Virus record (IMG/VR): IMGVR_UViG_3300008450_000013
Coordinates: 1 to 64,000 of that record
DNA length: 64,000 bases
Strand: one strand, 5' to 3'
Source: a virus
Made by a program: the position numbers and the translations under genes
Shown: piece by piece, positions 17,809-27,703 of the stretch
How positions within the stretch are numbered: the first letter of the stretch is position 1
Layout: each line of letters starts with the position of its first letter
Notes under the pieces: generated by a model
Seen by the model: the letters and a program-made list of their open reading frames with translations, nothing else
Database searches by the model: none
What the model was told of the DNA's origin: nothing

Positions 17809-18106
17809 TGTATTCTCCTTTACATTTCTTTTGTACCTCGTTATCGAGGAATTGAACATGAGCTGCTAACGCAGTAATATCCCTAGAGCTATTCTGAATG
17901 TATTCCTCATCCTTCTCAAACATATTTATAACAGCTTCATTAGCATCGTTCTGAGCCTGTACAAACTTAGTCATGTTGAACATGTATTCTGTCAGTGTTT
18001 CTCGTAGCAGCTCTATTTGAGATTGTTGCTGTGTTAGCTTCTGTCCTTGCACACCTATTAACACCAAACAGATGAGTATAAGTATTGCTGTTATGATTTC
18101 TGTCAT
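17801..18106 (-). CDS. membrane-anchored coiled-coil protein (paralog 1)
   Basis: AAGGA RBS before ATG 18106; N-terminal TM helix. Confidence 0.65.
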   Translation of the reverse strand: MTEIITAILILICLVLIGVQGQKLTQQQSQIELLRETLTEYMFNMTKFVQAQNDANEAVINMFEKDEEYIQNSSRDITALAAHVQFLDNEVQKKCKGEYND

Positions 18107-18107
18107 T

Positions 18108-18311
18108 TCAGTATCCTTTCTTAATACAATCAATGAGCATCCGGCTAATGTCATTCTGATTCTTAATAAATTCATTCATGTTGTTGGAAAATGTTAGTGT
18201 GCTATCTTGTAACTCATGTAGCTGACGCTTCAATGTAGTAATCTCTTTTCCTTGTATGTGCAATAGAATCATAATAGCTATTATGCAAATTCCTATGAGT
18301 ATTTCTGTCAT
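18108..18311 (-). CDS. membrane-anchored coiled-coil protein (paralog 2)
   Basis: N-terminal TM; aligns with the downstream ORF (MTEI...QG...NM..F...QND). Confidence 0.65.
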   Translation of the reverse strand: MTEILIGICIIAIMILLHIQGKEITTLKRQLHELQDSTLTFSNNMNEFIKNQNDISRMLIDCIKKGY

Positions 18312-19090
18312 TCTTTCTCTCCTTGTTTCACATTATTTAAAATACGCTCTTTAGCTATGTTGAAGTAGGTTTCATCCATCTCAATACCTATAAACTTACG
18401 TCCTAAATTGGAACAAGCCACTCCTGTAGTGCCGCTGCCCATTGTGAAGTCTAACACTGTATCACCTTCATTACTATAAGTCTTAATGAGGTATTCCATT
18501 AGAGCAACAGGCTTCTGTGTTGGATGTACTTGGCTGACATTATGGATGTTATCAAATTTCAATAGCTCTGTTGGATAGTTAGTCCACTCTTGTACATACT
18601 CATTGTTACTGTTGCTAGGTCTTGTATAAGAGTTTTCTTTACCTAAGTCGCCACGAATTGACACCTTCTTGCCTTCCTTACACTTTATCAAACCTTGTGG
18701 GTTATATAACATATTGTTCTTATTGCCATTAGAAGTTTTACCATTTGAAAACACACAAACTTCTTCGATAACTTTAAGAGGCTTAAGTTTTGCATTAACA
18801 AAACCACCTTTCCTATTCTTTTCCCAGAACCAATTGTATTTGTACATTTCAAAATTACTGGGAATCAACTTTGAAGTAAATGGCTGTGCAGCAAACAAGC
18901 AGATTGCTCTATTAGGTCTTATAATTCTCCTGAGTTGCTCCCACATTAAGTCTAAAGGAATGATACTGTCCCACTTACAAGCTGTCGTCCCGTAGGGAGG
19001 GTCTGTTAATATTAAATCAACACTCCCATCAGGAATTTCTTTCATTCGCTCTAAGCAATCCCCTAACATAAGCCAATTGTTGTCAATCAT
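18308..19090 (-). CDS. DNA amino-methyltransferase (m6A/m4C, beta class)
   Basis: TDPPYG catalytic motif precedes HPTQKP and DFTMGSG SAM-binding motif. Confidence 0.92.
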   Translation of the reverse strand: MIDNNWLMLGDCLERMKEIPDGSVDLILTDPPYGTTACKWDSIIPLDLMWEQLRRIIRPNRAICLFAAQPFTSKLIPSNFEMYKYNWFWEKNRKGGFVNAKLKPLKVIEEVCVFSNGKTSNGNKNNMLYNPQGLIKCKEGKKVSIRGDLGKENSYTRPSNSNNEYVQEWTNYPTELLKFDNIHNVSQVHPTQKPVALMEYLIKTYSNEGDTVLDFTMGSGTTGVACSNLGRKFIGIEMDETYFNIAKERILNNVKQGEKE

Positions 19091-19100
19091 TTATTTCTCC

Positions 19101-19493
19101 TCAGTCGTTAATAGCAATAAACAATATAATCATACATAGGAGTCCACTTAAGATAACCCCAATCAAAGCCCAAGCTTTTGAATGTTGGCTTCTGTCCTCA
19201 AATTTAATACTATCACCAACACTATACTTGTAGTGAGTCACTTTGCTAACATCCTTGCTATCAAGTTCTCCTGTCAACACGTCCTTGACAATGAATGACA
19301 AAACTTGATTCTGCCCACTCTTAGAGTATGTGTAATTCATAAGCTTGTCCACTACAATGTATTCTTTAAACACAGGCTCTTGTAGGCTATTGACATAAAT
19401 CCCTATTGTAGCTGGCGTTGCTATAAATAGAATTATTCCAAATGTTACACAAATAGCTACAATAGCTTCCTTAATTGTTTTTAATAGTTTCAT
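19101..19493 (-). CDS. membrane protein (2 TM)
   Basis: Hydrophobic N- and C-terminal helices. Confidence 0.7.
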   Translation of the reverse strand: MKLLKTIKEAIVAICVTFGIILFIATPATIGIYVNSLQEPVFKEYIVVDKLMNYTYSKSGQNQVLSFIVKDVLTGELDSKDVSKVTHYKYSVGDSIKFEDRSQHSKAWALIGVILSGLLCMIILFIAIND

Positions 19494-19809
19494 TTAACTC
19501 TCCTTTAAATTGTTCAACAAGCTTCCTACCTCTTTGGAATCTACCTATCCACTTCTTCATCTTGTACAGCAACGTCTCCTTGTTACGCTCTGGAGTGATT
19601 GTCTCATATTGCCAACGCCCATTCAGCTTATGTGTAGCAACTTGTAAAATCATGTTCTCAGCTCTAGATACATGCACCACCTTATTAGCCTTGGTATGCA
19701 CCATGACAAGATTACCATCCTTCTTGATGTTAGTCATAAATGGTGTTGCAGAGGAGATTTCAGCGCCTGTGTCACGGTCTAGGAATCGGTAACGTACATT
19801 AAATCTCAT
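19471..19809 (-). CDS. hypothetical phage protein
   Basis: AGGAG RBS; ATGA overlap. Confidence 0.65.
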   Translation of the reverse strand: MRFNVRYRFLDRDTGAEISSATPFMTNIKKDGNLVMVHTKANKVVHVSRAENMILQVATHKLNGRWQYETITPERNKETLLYKMKKWIGRFQRGRKLVEQFKGELNETIKNN

Positions 19810-20126
19810 TGCTTCTCCTTGTAGAATTCCCCTAATTCAAATATCGCACCATTCCCTATACCAGCTTGCAGGCTACGTACAAGCTGTTCAACACTAATAA
19901 ACAATTGTACCCCTTTGAAAAATGGGTATGGCTGTGCATTCCATACTTCTAATACAACGCCTGTCAGTTTGTCTCGAATAACAACTGTTCTAGTAGTATC
20001 AAAGTATGTCACAACCCCTTCTTTTTCATAACTACTCAATGGGACTATTTCCCACCTAGCAATATCTTTAAAAGTCTCCTCCATTGACGCAAGTATTTTA
20101 TTCTTTCTTTCGTATTCTTCAAACAT
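19806..20126 (-). CDS. hypothetical phage protein
   Basis: GAGGAGG RBS. Confidence 0.65.
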   Translation of the reverse strand: MFEEYERKNKILASMEETFKDIARWEIVPLSSYEKEGVVTYFDTTRTVVIRDKLTGVVLEVWNAQPYPFFKGVQLFISVEQLVRSLQAGIGNGAIFELGEFYKEKQ

Positions 20127-20127
20127 A

Positions 20128-20484
20128 TCAATCCTCCTCTAATGCTAAAGCCAACGGAGCTAATATTGTCTCAGCCCATTCTTTGCGTGTCATTCCTTGT
20201 TCGTAGAATGTTGTGCTTTCATAAGTGTACTCCTCTGAATCTTCCACACTAAGTTCAGCATCAAGGTTTTCATTAATATTCTTCTGAATAGCTTGAGTCA
20301 ATACTTGGTAGTCATATTCGTTGTATTTCTCATTGTACTCAGGAAATATGCCAAAATGACCTGTGATATACCCAATGCGATTGCATAGGTATTGGTCACG
20401 GGTATTTAAGGCTACAGCTTCCATCAATAAATCTACATGTTTCTGCGACATTTGTTTTCTCCTTTGTTTGTTAAGAAAGCTCAT
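20128..20484 (-). CDS. hypothetical phage protein (start probably at MSQKH)
   Basis: AAGGAG before the internal ATG. Confidence 0.6.
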   Translation of the reverse strand: MSFLNKQRRKQMSQKHVDLLMEAVALNTRDQYLCNRIGYITGHFGIFPEYNEKYNEYDYQVLTQAIQKNINENLDAELSVEDSEEYTYESTTFYEQGMTRKEWAETILAPLALALEED

Positions 20485-20508
20485 AATTAAGCTGACAGAC
20501 GAATAGTA

Positions 20509-21699
20509 TTAGAGATTGGGAGGGATGTCAAGAGAAATTTCTTTCAATCCCACACATAATTCCAAAACTTCCTCTTTTCTGTCAATGCTGATACTCTCAC
20601 GTCTGAAGCCTTCGCAGTCTATTAAGCCTGTCTTGTGTAACAACTTGATAGCATTCTCCACTGATAAAATCTTAGTACCAGACCCCTCGAAGATTCTCGT
20701 TGAGAGGATTTTGTAGCCTAAATCTTTTAAGTTCTTACGGTGTGTTGTAAGTCTGTTGTTGAGTTTGTTAGTTATGCCGTAGCCTAGAACAATGGTAGAA
20801 TCTGTTTGGATTTCTAGTAGGTATAGTGAGCCTTGTTTGGACTTATCATAGCCTGTTTTTGGAGGGTTGCATTCTATACATTCGTAGCCTATCGCAGATG
20901 TACTATCATGTACGCGAGAGTATAACCCATGTATCTTACAAACAAAAGTAGGGAACCAGTAGTTACCTTTCTTTACTGCACCAATAACAGATATATTCTC
21001 ATTATTACCCTCTGAAACCCTTCTTTTAGCCATTTCCGATATATAATCCCCAGATAACTTCTTCTTGGCAGAACAATAGCAAGGTATCCTACCTTTATCA
21101 AGATTGTTCAAGGTACTTTCAAACAAACTCTCAAGTCCTTTGGATTCGCAAATCTTACAATGAAATCCGCACCAAACACTACTGCCGAATTTCTTGCCAG
21201 TATCCCATACTGTGTAAGATGGATTGTTCATGTTGTATTTAGATAGAGTTTCACTAGCAGAATGAGGAATTCCTAAGTTCCCATCTCCAGCAAAGAAACT
21301 GTTGATCGAATTTATAGTGAATTCTATTCCCATCCTATTGCAGAAAAGATTTACTTCAGTATTACTTGGTTTTCCTGAAATTACTCCAAACCCTAAAAAT
21401 TTAATTGGGAGGTTTTCGGAAACAATTTTACGATCAATCTTGATTTTATACTGCATCAAGGAAATTCTGGGATTTTTGGCACAACCACATGGAATACTTC
21501 CTTTTCTTAAAGCAGTATAAACTTGCTCAAATACTGCATCACCATATAACTCTGGGTCTTTTGCACAAACCAGACATTTAACTTTTACATAACCGCCTTT
21601 AGCACGGCTAACAACTACAAGATTACCTTCATTAAATGTTTCTCCAACTCTACTTTTATTATATTCCCTCATCTCCATCCCACTTGTTATCTCTTTCAC
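20509..21699 (-). CDS. putative free-standing homing endonuclease: Zn-binding repeats plus C-terminal GIY-YIG-like domain
   Basis: CxxC / CxC / CxxH repeats; GSLYLL...GYGIT...RL..H and E..I GIY-YIG-like motif. Confidence 0.7.
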   Translation of the reverse strand: MKEITSGMEMREYNKSRVGETFNEGNLVVVSRAKGGYVKVKCLVCAKDPELYGDAVFEQVYTALRKGSIPCGCAKNPRISLMQYKIKIDRKIVSENLPIKFLGFGVISGKPSNTEVNLFCNRMGIEFTINSINSFFAGDGNLGIPHSASETLSKYNMNNPSYTVWDTGKKFGSSVWCGFHCKICESKGLESLFESTLNNLDKGRIPCYCSAKKKLSGDYISEMAKRRVSEGNNENISVIGAVKKGNYWFPTFVCKIHGLYSRVHDSTSAIGYECIECNPPKTGYDKSKQGSLYLLEIQTDSTIVLGYGITNKLNNRLTTHRKNLKDLGYKILSTRIFEGSGTKILSVENAIKLLHKTGLIDCEGFRRESISIDRKEEVLELCVGLKEISLDIPPNL

Positions 21700-22474
21700 A
21701 ATCTATGTAGAAAGAAGCCTCATCAAAATAATTAAATAAATCCTCATCTACCTCTTTATCCACAGTATTTGAAGCCCAAGCTAGAATATCAGGCTCAACA
21801 ACATATACTTTTTCCTCTATAGCAGAATTAGTATATATGTCTACTTTTTCATCACTATACTTTTCTACGCAAGTATATATATGGGATATAATAGCATTGC
21901 GGTTCTCAAACTCATTAACTAAGTTCTCAACCATGTTGATTGTTGACTGTGCATCTGTACCATTGCCTAACTTACTGCCTGCATACGTTAATGAAACAAT
22001 AGCCCATCGTACACTGTTAGCATAAGAAGAATCAAGATTAAATAAATCAATGTAGTTACTTACCTCCTCCTCAATTCTGTCACTAATCAATTTTGTTGAT
22101 TGCATTAGTTCAATAAATGATTGTTGTGCTTTGTGAGGCTGTAACCAGTATGGACGTACAAGACAGTCTTTGTGTTCACGTAATCTTAGTTTGATACGAT
22201 TAAATATCTTGTCTTCTTTTATTTTGTCTTCTTTAGTGAATGTGTTTGTGTGCAAGGTTCTAATGATGTGTCGGATTTCAATATTTGTGATTCCTTCTTT
22301 ACTTCTTGCTTTATCCATTGTTTGTGCAAGAATTTCATCATCTGTTTTGTGTTTCTTCACTGTCTTGAGGTTGGTTTTGCACCATATCTCACTACACCCT
22401 AGTGTTTGTGCAATCTCTTTATATGTACAACCTTCTTCACGTAGTTGTTTAGCTTTGTTTATGTCAATCTTCAC
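21659..22474 (-). CDS. HTH DNA-binding protein
   Basis: N-terminal LREEGCTYKEIAQTLGCS helix-turn-helix. Confidence 0.7.
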   Translation of the reverse strand: MKIDINKAKQLREEGCTYKEIAQTLGCSEIWCKTNLKTVKKHKTDDEILAQTMDKARSKEGITNIEIRHIIRTLHTNTFTKEDKIKEDKIFNRIKLRLREHKDCLVRPYWLQPHKAQQSFIELMQSTKLISDRIEEEVSNYIDLFNLDSSYANSVRWAIVSLTYAGSKLGNGTDAQSTINMVENLVNEFENRNAIISHIYTCVEKYSDEKVDIYTNSAIEEKVYVVEPDILAWASNTVDKEVDEDLFNYFDEASFYIDCERDNKWDGDEGI

Positions 22475-22605
22475 TTACTATCCTTTCTTTATTATACTGT
22501 GTATGAATTTATAGGTATATTGTAGCACCCACTCTATCTGAAGTCAACAATTATTTGTGTACATAGAATAAAACCCCATACCAACTAAGGTACAGGGTTT
22601 GCTTG

Positions 22606-23337
22606 TTAAGCCTTCCAAATCCTCTCTTGAGCAATCTTGAAGTAAGCCTCATCAAGCTCAATTCCTATACCATTCCTGCCAGTATTTTTACAAGCTAGTA
22701 AGGTTGTACCACTCCCGCAAGTGAAGTCCAACACTGTATCTCCTTCATTACTGTAAGTCTTGATTAGGTATTCCATAAGCGCAACAGGCTTTTGTGTTGG
22801 ATGTAAGTTACTGGTAAGGATATCTCTTTTGAATCGTAATACTTGTGTAGGATATCTCAAACCATTGTCTTTGTACTCGAAAACCTTTTTCTCTGAAGAA
22901 TCAGACAATCCACCTATTTTCCCATTCTTGACTTTATTTGTTCTTGGAATACCATCATATACTACCATTTGCGGATTATATACACATTGTTTGTCATAGA
23001 ATACAGAAATTGTCTCCACGGTTTTTCCCGCCCGTTTCTTAACTTGATGTATGTTTGTAAGACGTTCTTTCTCCCATATCCAGTCGTACTTATACAACTT
23101 TAAGTTACTTGTGCGCAGTATGCTAGAGAACGGTTCTTGCCCAAACAACACAATAGCTCCGTTAGGTTTGATAACACGTTTCAATTGCTCCCACATAGGT
23201 TCTAATGGAATTATAGAATCCCAGTGGCACTGAGTCGTCCCAAAAGGAGGGTCTGTAAGCACTAAATCAATGCTTCCGTCAGGAATACCCTTCATTACTT
23301 CTAAACAATCCCCATTATATAATTCTATTTTACTCAT
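22606..23337 (-). CDS. second DNA amino-methyltransferase (beta class)
   Basis: TDPPFG, HPTQKP and DFTCGSG; paralog of 18308-19090. Confidence 0.92.
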   Translation of the reverse strand: MSKIELYNGDCLEVMKGIPDGSIDLVLTDPPFGTTQCHWDSIIPLEPMWEQLKRVIKPNGAIVLFGQEPFSSILRTSNLKLYKYDWIWEKERLTNIHQVKKRAGKTVETISVFYDKQCVYNPQMVVYDGIPRTNKVKNGKIGGLSDSSEKKVFEYKDNGLRYPTQVLRFKRDILTSNLHPTQKPVALMEYLIKTYSNEGDTVLDFTCGSGTTLLACKNTGRNGIGIELDEAYFKIAQERIWKA

Positions 23338-23567
23338 TAGTAGTCACTCCATTCAAGTTTTAACAAATACTTATTGCCACCAGCCTTCTTATACGTCACC
23401 CAAATCTCTTCATTTAGTAACAAACTAATAACATCATCTAAAGTAAATGGTTGCGTACAGGAAACAGTACGAATAATTGTGTTGTGGAACAAATTCTTAG
23501 CCATAGCCACTTCATGCAGCAAATTGCTTACAATAATCTCAGATTCCGATTTCAATTTATTCTCCAC
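23337..23567 (-). CDS. hypothetical phage protein
   Basis: Abuts the MTase start. Confidence 0.5.
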   Translation of the reverse strand: MENKLKSESEIIVSNLLHEVAMAKNLFHNTIIRTVSCTQPFTLDDVISLLLNEEIWVTYKKAGGNKYLLKLEWSDY

Positions 23568-23751
23568 AAGGTTGAATGTCTACAAACTTCTTACCAGTTG
23601 CTGCACCTGTGAACTCTGTATATGCAATATTACCGTCATCTTTAAGAGTTACACTGTACTCGTCATTCAAGCCAAGTTCGGCTTCTCCAAATCCATCTGC
23701 AATAAGCTTATCACACAGTCGCTTTAAGTCATTTATTGTTGCGTATTTCAT
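23557..23751 (-). CDS. hypothetical phage protein
   Basis: AGGAGG RBS. Confidence 0.6.
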   Translation of the reverse strand: MKYATINDLKRLCDKLIADGFGEAELGLNDEYSVTLKDDGNIAYTEFTGAATGKKFVDIQPCGE

Positions 23752-23908
23752 TCAACACCTCCTTCCACAACAGCGAGCACACGAGTTGCATTAACAGCCT
23801 CCTTGATACGCTCAATCTCCATGTCAATATCTTCAATAGCCTCTGGAGAGTCATCTAGCAATTTGCCTAGTGACCCATCAGGTTTTCGATAGTAGTAATG
23901 TACGACAG

Positions 23909-24106
23909 TCATTGTTTCTTTCCTTTCAAAATAATTATTTCTTTAAAATAAGCCAGCCAAGCTAGATTAAGAATTGGAATGAGGCATGTTACAACAAATA
24001 ATAACAACCAACCTAATTTCAAATCAATCCCTTTTTCATACTCCTCTTTAATAATCAAAATTAATGTTATTAAACTGGACAATAAGTACAAGACAATCCA
24101 AATCAT
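23909..24106 (-). CDS. small membrane protein
   Basis: Two hydrophobic segments; AGGAGG RBS. Confidence 0.65.
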   Translation of the reverse strand: MIWIVLYLLSSLITLILIIKEEYEKGIDLKLGWLLLFVVTCLIPILNLAWLAYFKEIIILKGKKQ

Positions 24107-24227
24107 ACCTCCTCCTTTTAATTGTTTGTCACAGCGACAGGCATCACTCTACACAACAGAATTGTCCTTGTCAACAGGTTTCTCCATAAAATAAAAGCCC
24201 ACTACAGTTAAGTAGTAGGCTTCTAGG

Positions 24228-25082
24228 TTATTTCTTTCTACTGTCTACAACAGCTCTCACAGCGGCTTGTGCTTCTGTTGCTGTGATGCTATCAGGGGGT
24301 TTTGCAGGACTCTTAACCTTACGTGTTGACTTCTCCAAGAACATCAACTCTTCTTCTGGTGTAATAAACCCTTCATCTATGGATTTAAAGCCCTCAGAAG
24401 GCTTTGTATCTGTTTTGGCTACCTTACTATCAACTTTCTTAGAACGTGGCTTCTTGGCTGGTTTTAGTGCCTTCAGAGCAGCTTTCTCAAGCTTCTCCAC
24501 TTGCTGCTGCATCCACTTGTTACGTTGCTCGTGTCGTTCACACCACTGTTCACTATCTAACAACAAGTCCTTACCATTCAGCATATCTTCAATTTCTTTT
24601 TCAGACATGAATCCTGCATAAGTGTTACGTAACAACTTCTCCATACGTGCAATGTGGAAAGAAGCACTTTGACGCATCTCATTCAAGTTGCCAGAATCTC
24701 CGATGCTTCCACAATGTATCAGAGCTGTGAAATCCTCACTGAGTTCAAAGGAGGGTGCATCTAGCAAGAGGATAGTTGCAGCAGAAGCATTGAATCCAGT
24801 AGCAATGAAGTGAACTTGTCCCTTTGTCTTCCGTAGAGCATGCAGGATTGTGTCAGTAGTGCTAAGGCAACCTCCACCTGATTGTAAATTGACTACCATT
24901 TCATCATCTTGCTCCATCATGCCTAAAGCGTCAATCATGTCGGAGAATTGTGAAGGAGACTCGATATAATCATAGATGTCTACAGTGAAACGTCCACATT
25001 TACTTGGAGAATAGCTAACAGGAACTTTGTTATCTTCAAAGAATGGGTTCTTAGCTGATTGTTTGTTGAATTTTTCTTTCAT
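24228..25082 (-). CDS. ClpP-like serine protease with Lys-rich C-terminal tail
   Basis: NLQSGGG, ASAATILL (catalytic Ser) and LIH motifs. Confidence 0.8.
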   Translation of the reverse strand: MKEKFNKQSAKNPFFEDNKVPVSYSPSKCGRFTVDIYDYIESPSQFSDMIDALGMMEQDDEMVVNLQSGGGCLSTTDTILHALRKTKGQVHFIATGFNASAATILLLDAPSFELSEDFTALIHCGSIGDSGNLNEMRQSASFHIARMEKLLRNTYAGFMSEKEIEDMLNGKDLLLDSEQWCERHEQRNKWMQQQVEKLEKAALKALKPAKKPRSKKVDSKVAKTDTKPSEGFKSIDEGFITPEEELMFLEKSTRKVKSPAKPPDSITATEAQAAVRAVVDSRKK

Positions 25083-25091
25083 GTGTTCTCC

Positions 25092-25865
25092 TTATTTAGT
25101 ATTGTAGTACATTTTAACAAACGCACGAGTAAGACCTGAACGCATCACATCGTCTGGTGTAAATGTAACAACACCAAATTTATTCTCAATAGCGTCTAAA
25201 TCTTCATCTTTCATATAATCAGGTTCGTCTGCCAATGTGTTCTCAATGAGCTGAACAGTTTGCTCCAATCCAGACACACCACGTAAGTCGTGCTGCTTCT
25301 CGTCTCCTGTTAGAATAAGTGTTGAATTTTTACCAAGACGTGTAAGCACCATTTCCATGTCATCTCTTGTAAAGTTCTGAGATTCTTCTACAATGACAAC
25401 ACAATCTTCAAACGAATATCCCCTGAGATATTCTACAGCTTTCATCTCTACTTTTTTCTTTTCCAAACAATAGCTCAAGAATCCACTACCCATGAAGTTC
25501 TCTAAGTGAGTGATTGTCTGAATGAAGTATGGCATAAGCTTCTCTTCTTCAGTTCCTTTCAACAACCCAATAGTTTTACCAGTTGGTACAGCAGGACGTA
25601 ACAGCCAAATTTTCTCAGTCTTCTTCTCTTTAAGTTGAGCTGCAGCCCACCAAGCAGCAATCATTGATTTCCCCGTACCTGCCGAGCCTCGTAAAACTAC
25701 CACACTCTTACCAGCTCTGAGCATTCTTACAGCTATGTTTTGATTATCATTTGCAGGAGTGAATTTAGGAATAACTTGAGAGTCTATTGTTTCCTGAACT
25801 ATGAACTTCTCTTTTACAGGTGGTTTCTCTGTTTGTTTTGCACGTTTGCCAATATTTCTTGCCAT
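25092..25865 (-). CDS. phoH: PhoH-like ATPase
   Basis: GSAGTGKS, LLRPAV, G.L.G..EEK, YLRG.SF, EESQN, LTRLG..S..ILTGD..Q.D, RS.L. Confidence 0.92.
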   Translation of the reverse strand: MARNIGKRAKQTEKPPVKEKFIVQETIDSQVIPKFTPANDNQNIAVRMLRAGKSVVVLRGSAGTGKSMIAAWWAAAQLKEKKTEKIWLLRPAVPTGKTIGLLKGTEEEKLMPYFIQTITHLENFMGSGFLSYCLEKKKVEMKAVEYLRGYSFEDCVVIVEESQNFTRDDMEMVLTRLGKNSTLILTGDEKQHDLRGVSGLEQTVQLIENTLADEPDYMKDEDLDAIENKFGVVTFTPDDVMRSGLTRAFVKMYYNTK

Positions 25866-25940
25866 GAAGGTATATCTCCCTACATTAAAGTTAAACTGCC
25901 AAGCACTTGATACATACTTGGCTTGTGCTGCAAAATACTA

Positions 25941-26216
25941 CTAATTAAAATTCTTCAATATTTGCTTCTCTAACAACTTCTCAATTGTCGTACCAGATTC
26001 AATTGCCAAAGCTGTGAAAGCTTTGTGCACATCCTTTGGGATTCGCACAGTGACTGGAAACAATGTTTCAGGTTGATTTACCTGCACACCACTACCAATC
26101 AAATTGAAGTTCTCTGCAAACACTGTGTAGTTGTCTGCTTTGGTGCGGATTGTATCGCCTGTGTGTGGATTGAAATCTGTTCTACTTTTACCGAAATTTC
26201 CACTATTCGTTGTCAC
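25941..26216 (-). CDS. ribbon-helix-helix DNA-binding protein
   Basis: C-terminal VTVRIPKDVHKAFTALAIESGTTIEKLL RHH pattern. Confidence 0.6.
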   Translation of the reverse strand: MTTNSGNFGKSRTDFNPHTGDTIRTKADNYTVFAENFNLIGSGVQVNQPETLFPVTVRIPKDVHKAFTALAIESGTTIEKLLEKQILKNFN

Positions 26217-26388
26217 TAAAATGCCCTCCTTCTGAATTTACTCTGCCATTTTCAATCTTTAAGACGAGATTTCCATCTTCATCTGTCCATTCTACTAATA
26301 TGCCACCTTGTTTACATGACTCTAACACATCATACAAATCAGCTTCTAGTAATTGTTTATTTTTCTTGCCCATTTGGTTTACGTCCAC
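26203..26388 (-). CDS. hypothetical phage protein
   Basis: Packed leftward ORF. Confidence 0.5.
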   Translation of the reverse strand: MDVNQMGKKNKQLLEADLYDVLESCKQGGILVEWTDEDGNLVLKIENGRVNSEGGHFSDNE

Positions 26389-26629
26389 GAGGTTTTGGTT
26401 CTGTTGGAGCCTTTGGATCTTCTTGTTCTTCTGTTTCGTCTGCTACAGGTACTTCATCCCCACCTCCCCATTTTTCAAGCGTTACAACATATTGTGTGCC
26501 TTGGTAGGGCGCTCGTGTAGGGTTTGTAGAAGGTGTGAAGCCTTCTTTGTAGAATTTGAACAGGTCATCTACGAACGTGATGATTGAAGGTGTTACGATT
26601 TCTACTGTGTCGATTAAAGTTTTTGCCAT
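26357..26629 (-). CDS. hypothetical phage protein
   Basis: AAGGA RBS. Confidence 0.65.
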   Translation of the reverse strand: MAKTLIDTVEIVTPSIITFVDDLFKFYKEGFTPSTNPTRAPYQGTQYVVTLEKWGGGDEVPVADETEEQEDPKAPTEPKPRGRKPNGQEK

Positions 26630-26797
26630 TTTGTTTCCTTTCTGTTAATTATCTAAGTCTTCTTCAAGCATATGCTCTACAAAGTCGTTTACGTCTAGCC
26701 ATTCTAATTCTGCGTATTCTTCCAATTTATTCTCCTAATGTGTTCAGAAATTTAAGTCTAACATTTAAACTTAAAAATTGCAAGTGTTATTTGCCAC

Positions 26798-26826
26798 TTG
26801 ACTTTATCATAATATTGTGGTAGGAT
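26798..26826 (+). promoter_or_regulatory. sigma70-like promoter at the start of the structural region
   Basis: TTGACT-17nt-TAGGAT with extended TG; a divergent minus-strand promoter lies just upstream. Confidence 0.6.
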
Positions 26827-26882
26827 AGATTGCAATTGCAAAAAGCCTCATGCAAGAGGTACTTTATATAAAGGGTAGTAAA

Positions 26883-27143
26883 ATGGCAAATACAAGAAAT
26901 GACGTAACAATACCAGCTAAAACTTGGACGAATTTATATTTAGCTTCAGGTATCACTGTTGGTACAGCAGTTTCAGTAATTAATAAAGGTATTAACGCAG
27001 CGTATATAAGCGTTGAAGCTACAACTCCAGCAGCCCCTACAGGGATGCCTAAAGGAGTTCCAAGTATCAATGGCGGTGTGACACAGACAGCACACTTGCC
27101 AACATACTCTGCTAAAACTGAGTTTGTGTATTTAGGTTTGTAA
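26883..27143 (+). CDS. putative small virion-associated protein
   Basis: Start MANTRNDV after AAGGG; Thr/Gly-rich beta composition; followed by a terminator hairpin at ~27155-27186. Confidence 0.55.
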   Translation: MANTRNDVTIPAKTWTNLYLASGITVGTAVSVINKGINAAYISVEATTPAAPTGMPKGVPSINGGVTQTAHLPTYSAKTEFVYLGL

Positions 27144-27197
27144 TATTGTAATTATACCAAGGACTAACCTCCTTGGTATTTCTTTTTGTACAAGGGC

Positions 27198-27226
27198 TTG
27201 ACAAAGCACCTGAAGTGTTATACAAT
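27198..27226 (+). promoter_or_regulatory. sigma70 promoter for the packaging genes
   Basis: TTGACA-17nt-TACAAT. Confidence 0.75.
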
Positions 27227-27258
27227 GAGCGTATCAGAACAATAATAGCAGGAGATGT

Positions 27259-27639
27259 ATGAGTGGAGACGTAGATAATTCAGTAGGGGAGATAGTAAGG
27301 ACAGGTGTTCAGAGTAAGAAGAACTCTATTACTATTCTGAAGAGGGCTTTGAACAAGCATACTAAAGCTGCTATTGATTTAATGGCAACTATTATGAACG
27401 ACCCTACAGAGAGTAAGAAGACTCGTATGTTGGCAGCTCAAGAGATTCTAAAGTTGCACATGGAGTCTATTAAAGTTGAGTCTACTGAGAAGGCTAGGAA
27501 CAAGGAATTTGCTGCGAAGCATCATGAGTTGCTTGTAAGTATTCAGCGTAATGGTGGGGTTATTGTTGATGATAGTGATAGCGAAGATGATGACGAGCAA
27601 CCCCTGCTTATGTTCGATCAGATAGCAGAAGTTGAATAA
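27259..27639 (+). CDS. putative terminase small subunit
   Basis: Position upstream of terL; helical 126-aa protein with acidic tail; AGGAG RBS. Confidence 0.55.
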   Translation: MSGDVDNSVGEIVRTGVQSKKNSITILKRALNKHTKAAIDLMATIMNDPTESKKTRMLAAQEILKLHMESIKVESTEKARNKEFAAKHHELLVSIQRNGGVIVDDSDSEDDDEQPLLMFDQIAEVE

Positions 27640-27703
27640 AGAATAAGGGAAGGGATCAGCCAACCCCGACAGGATTGAGGAGTTCCTTATAAACCTCGCT
27701 TAG

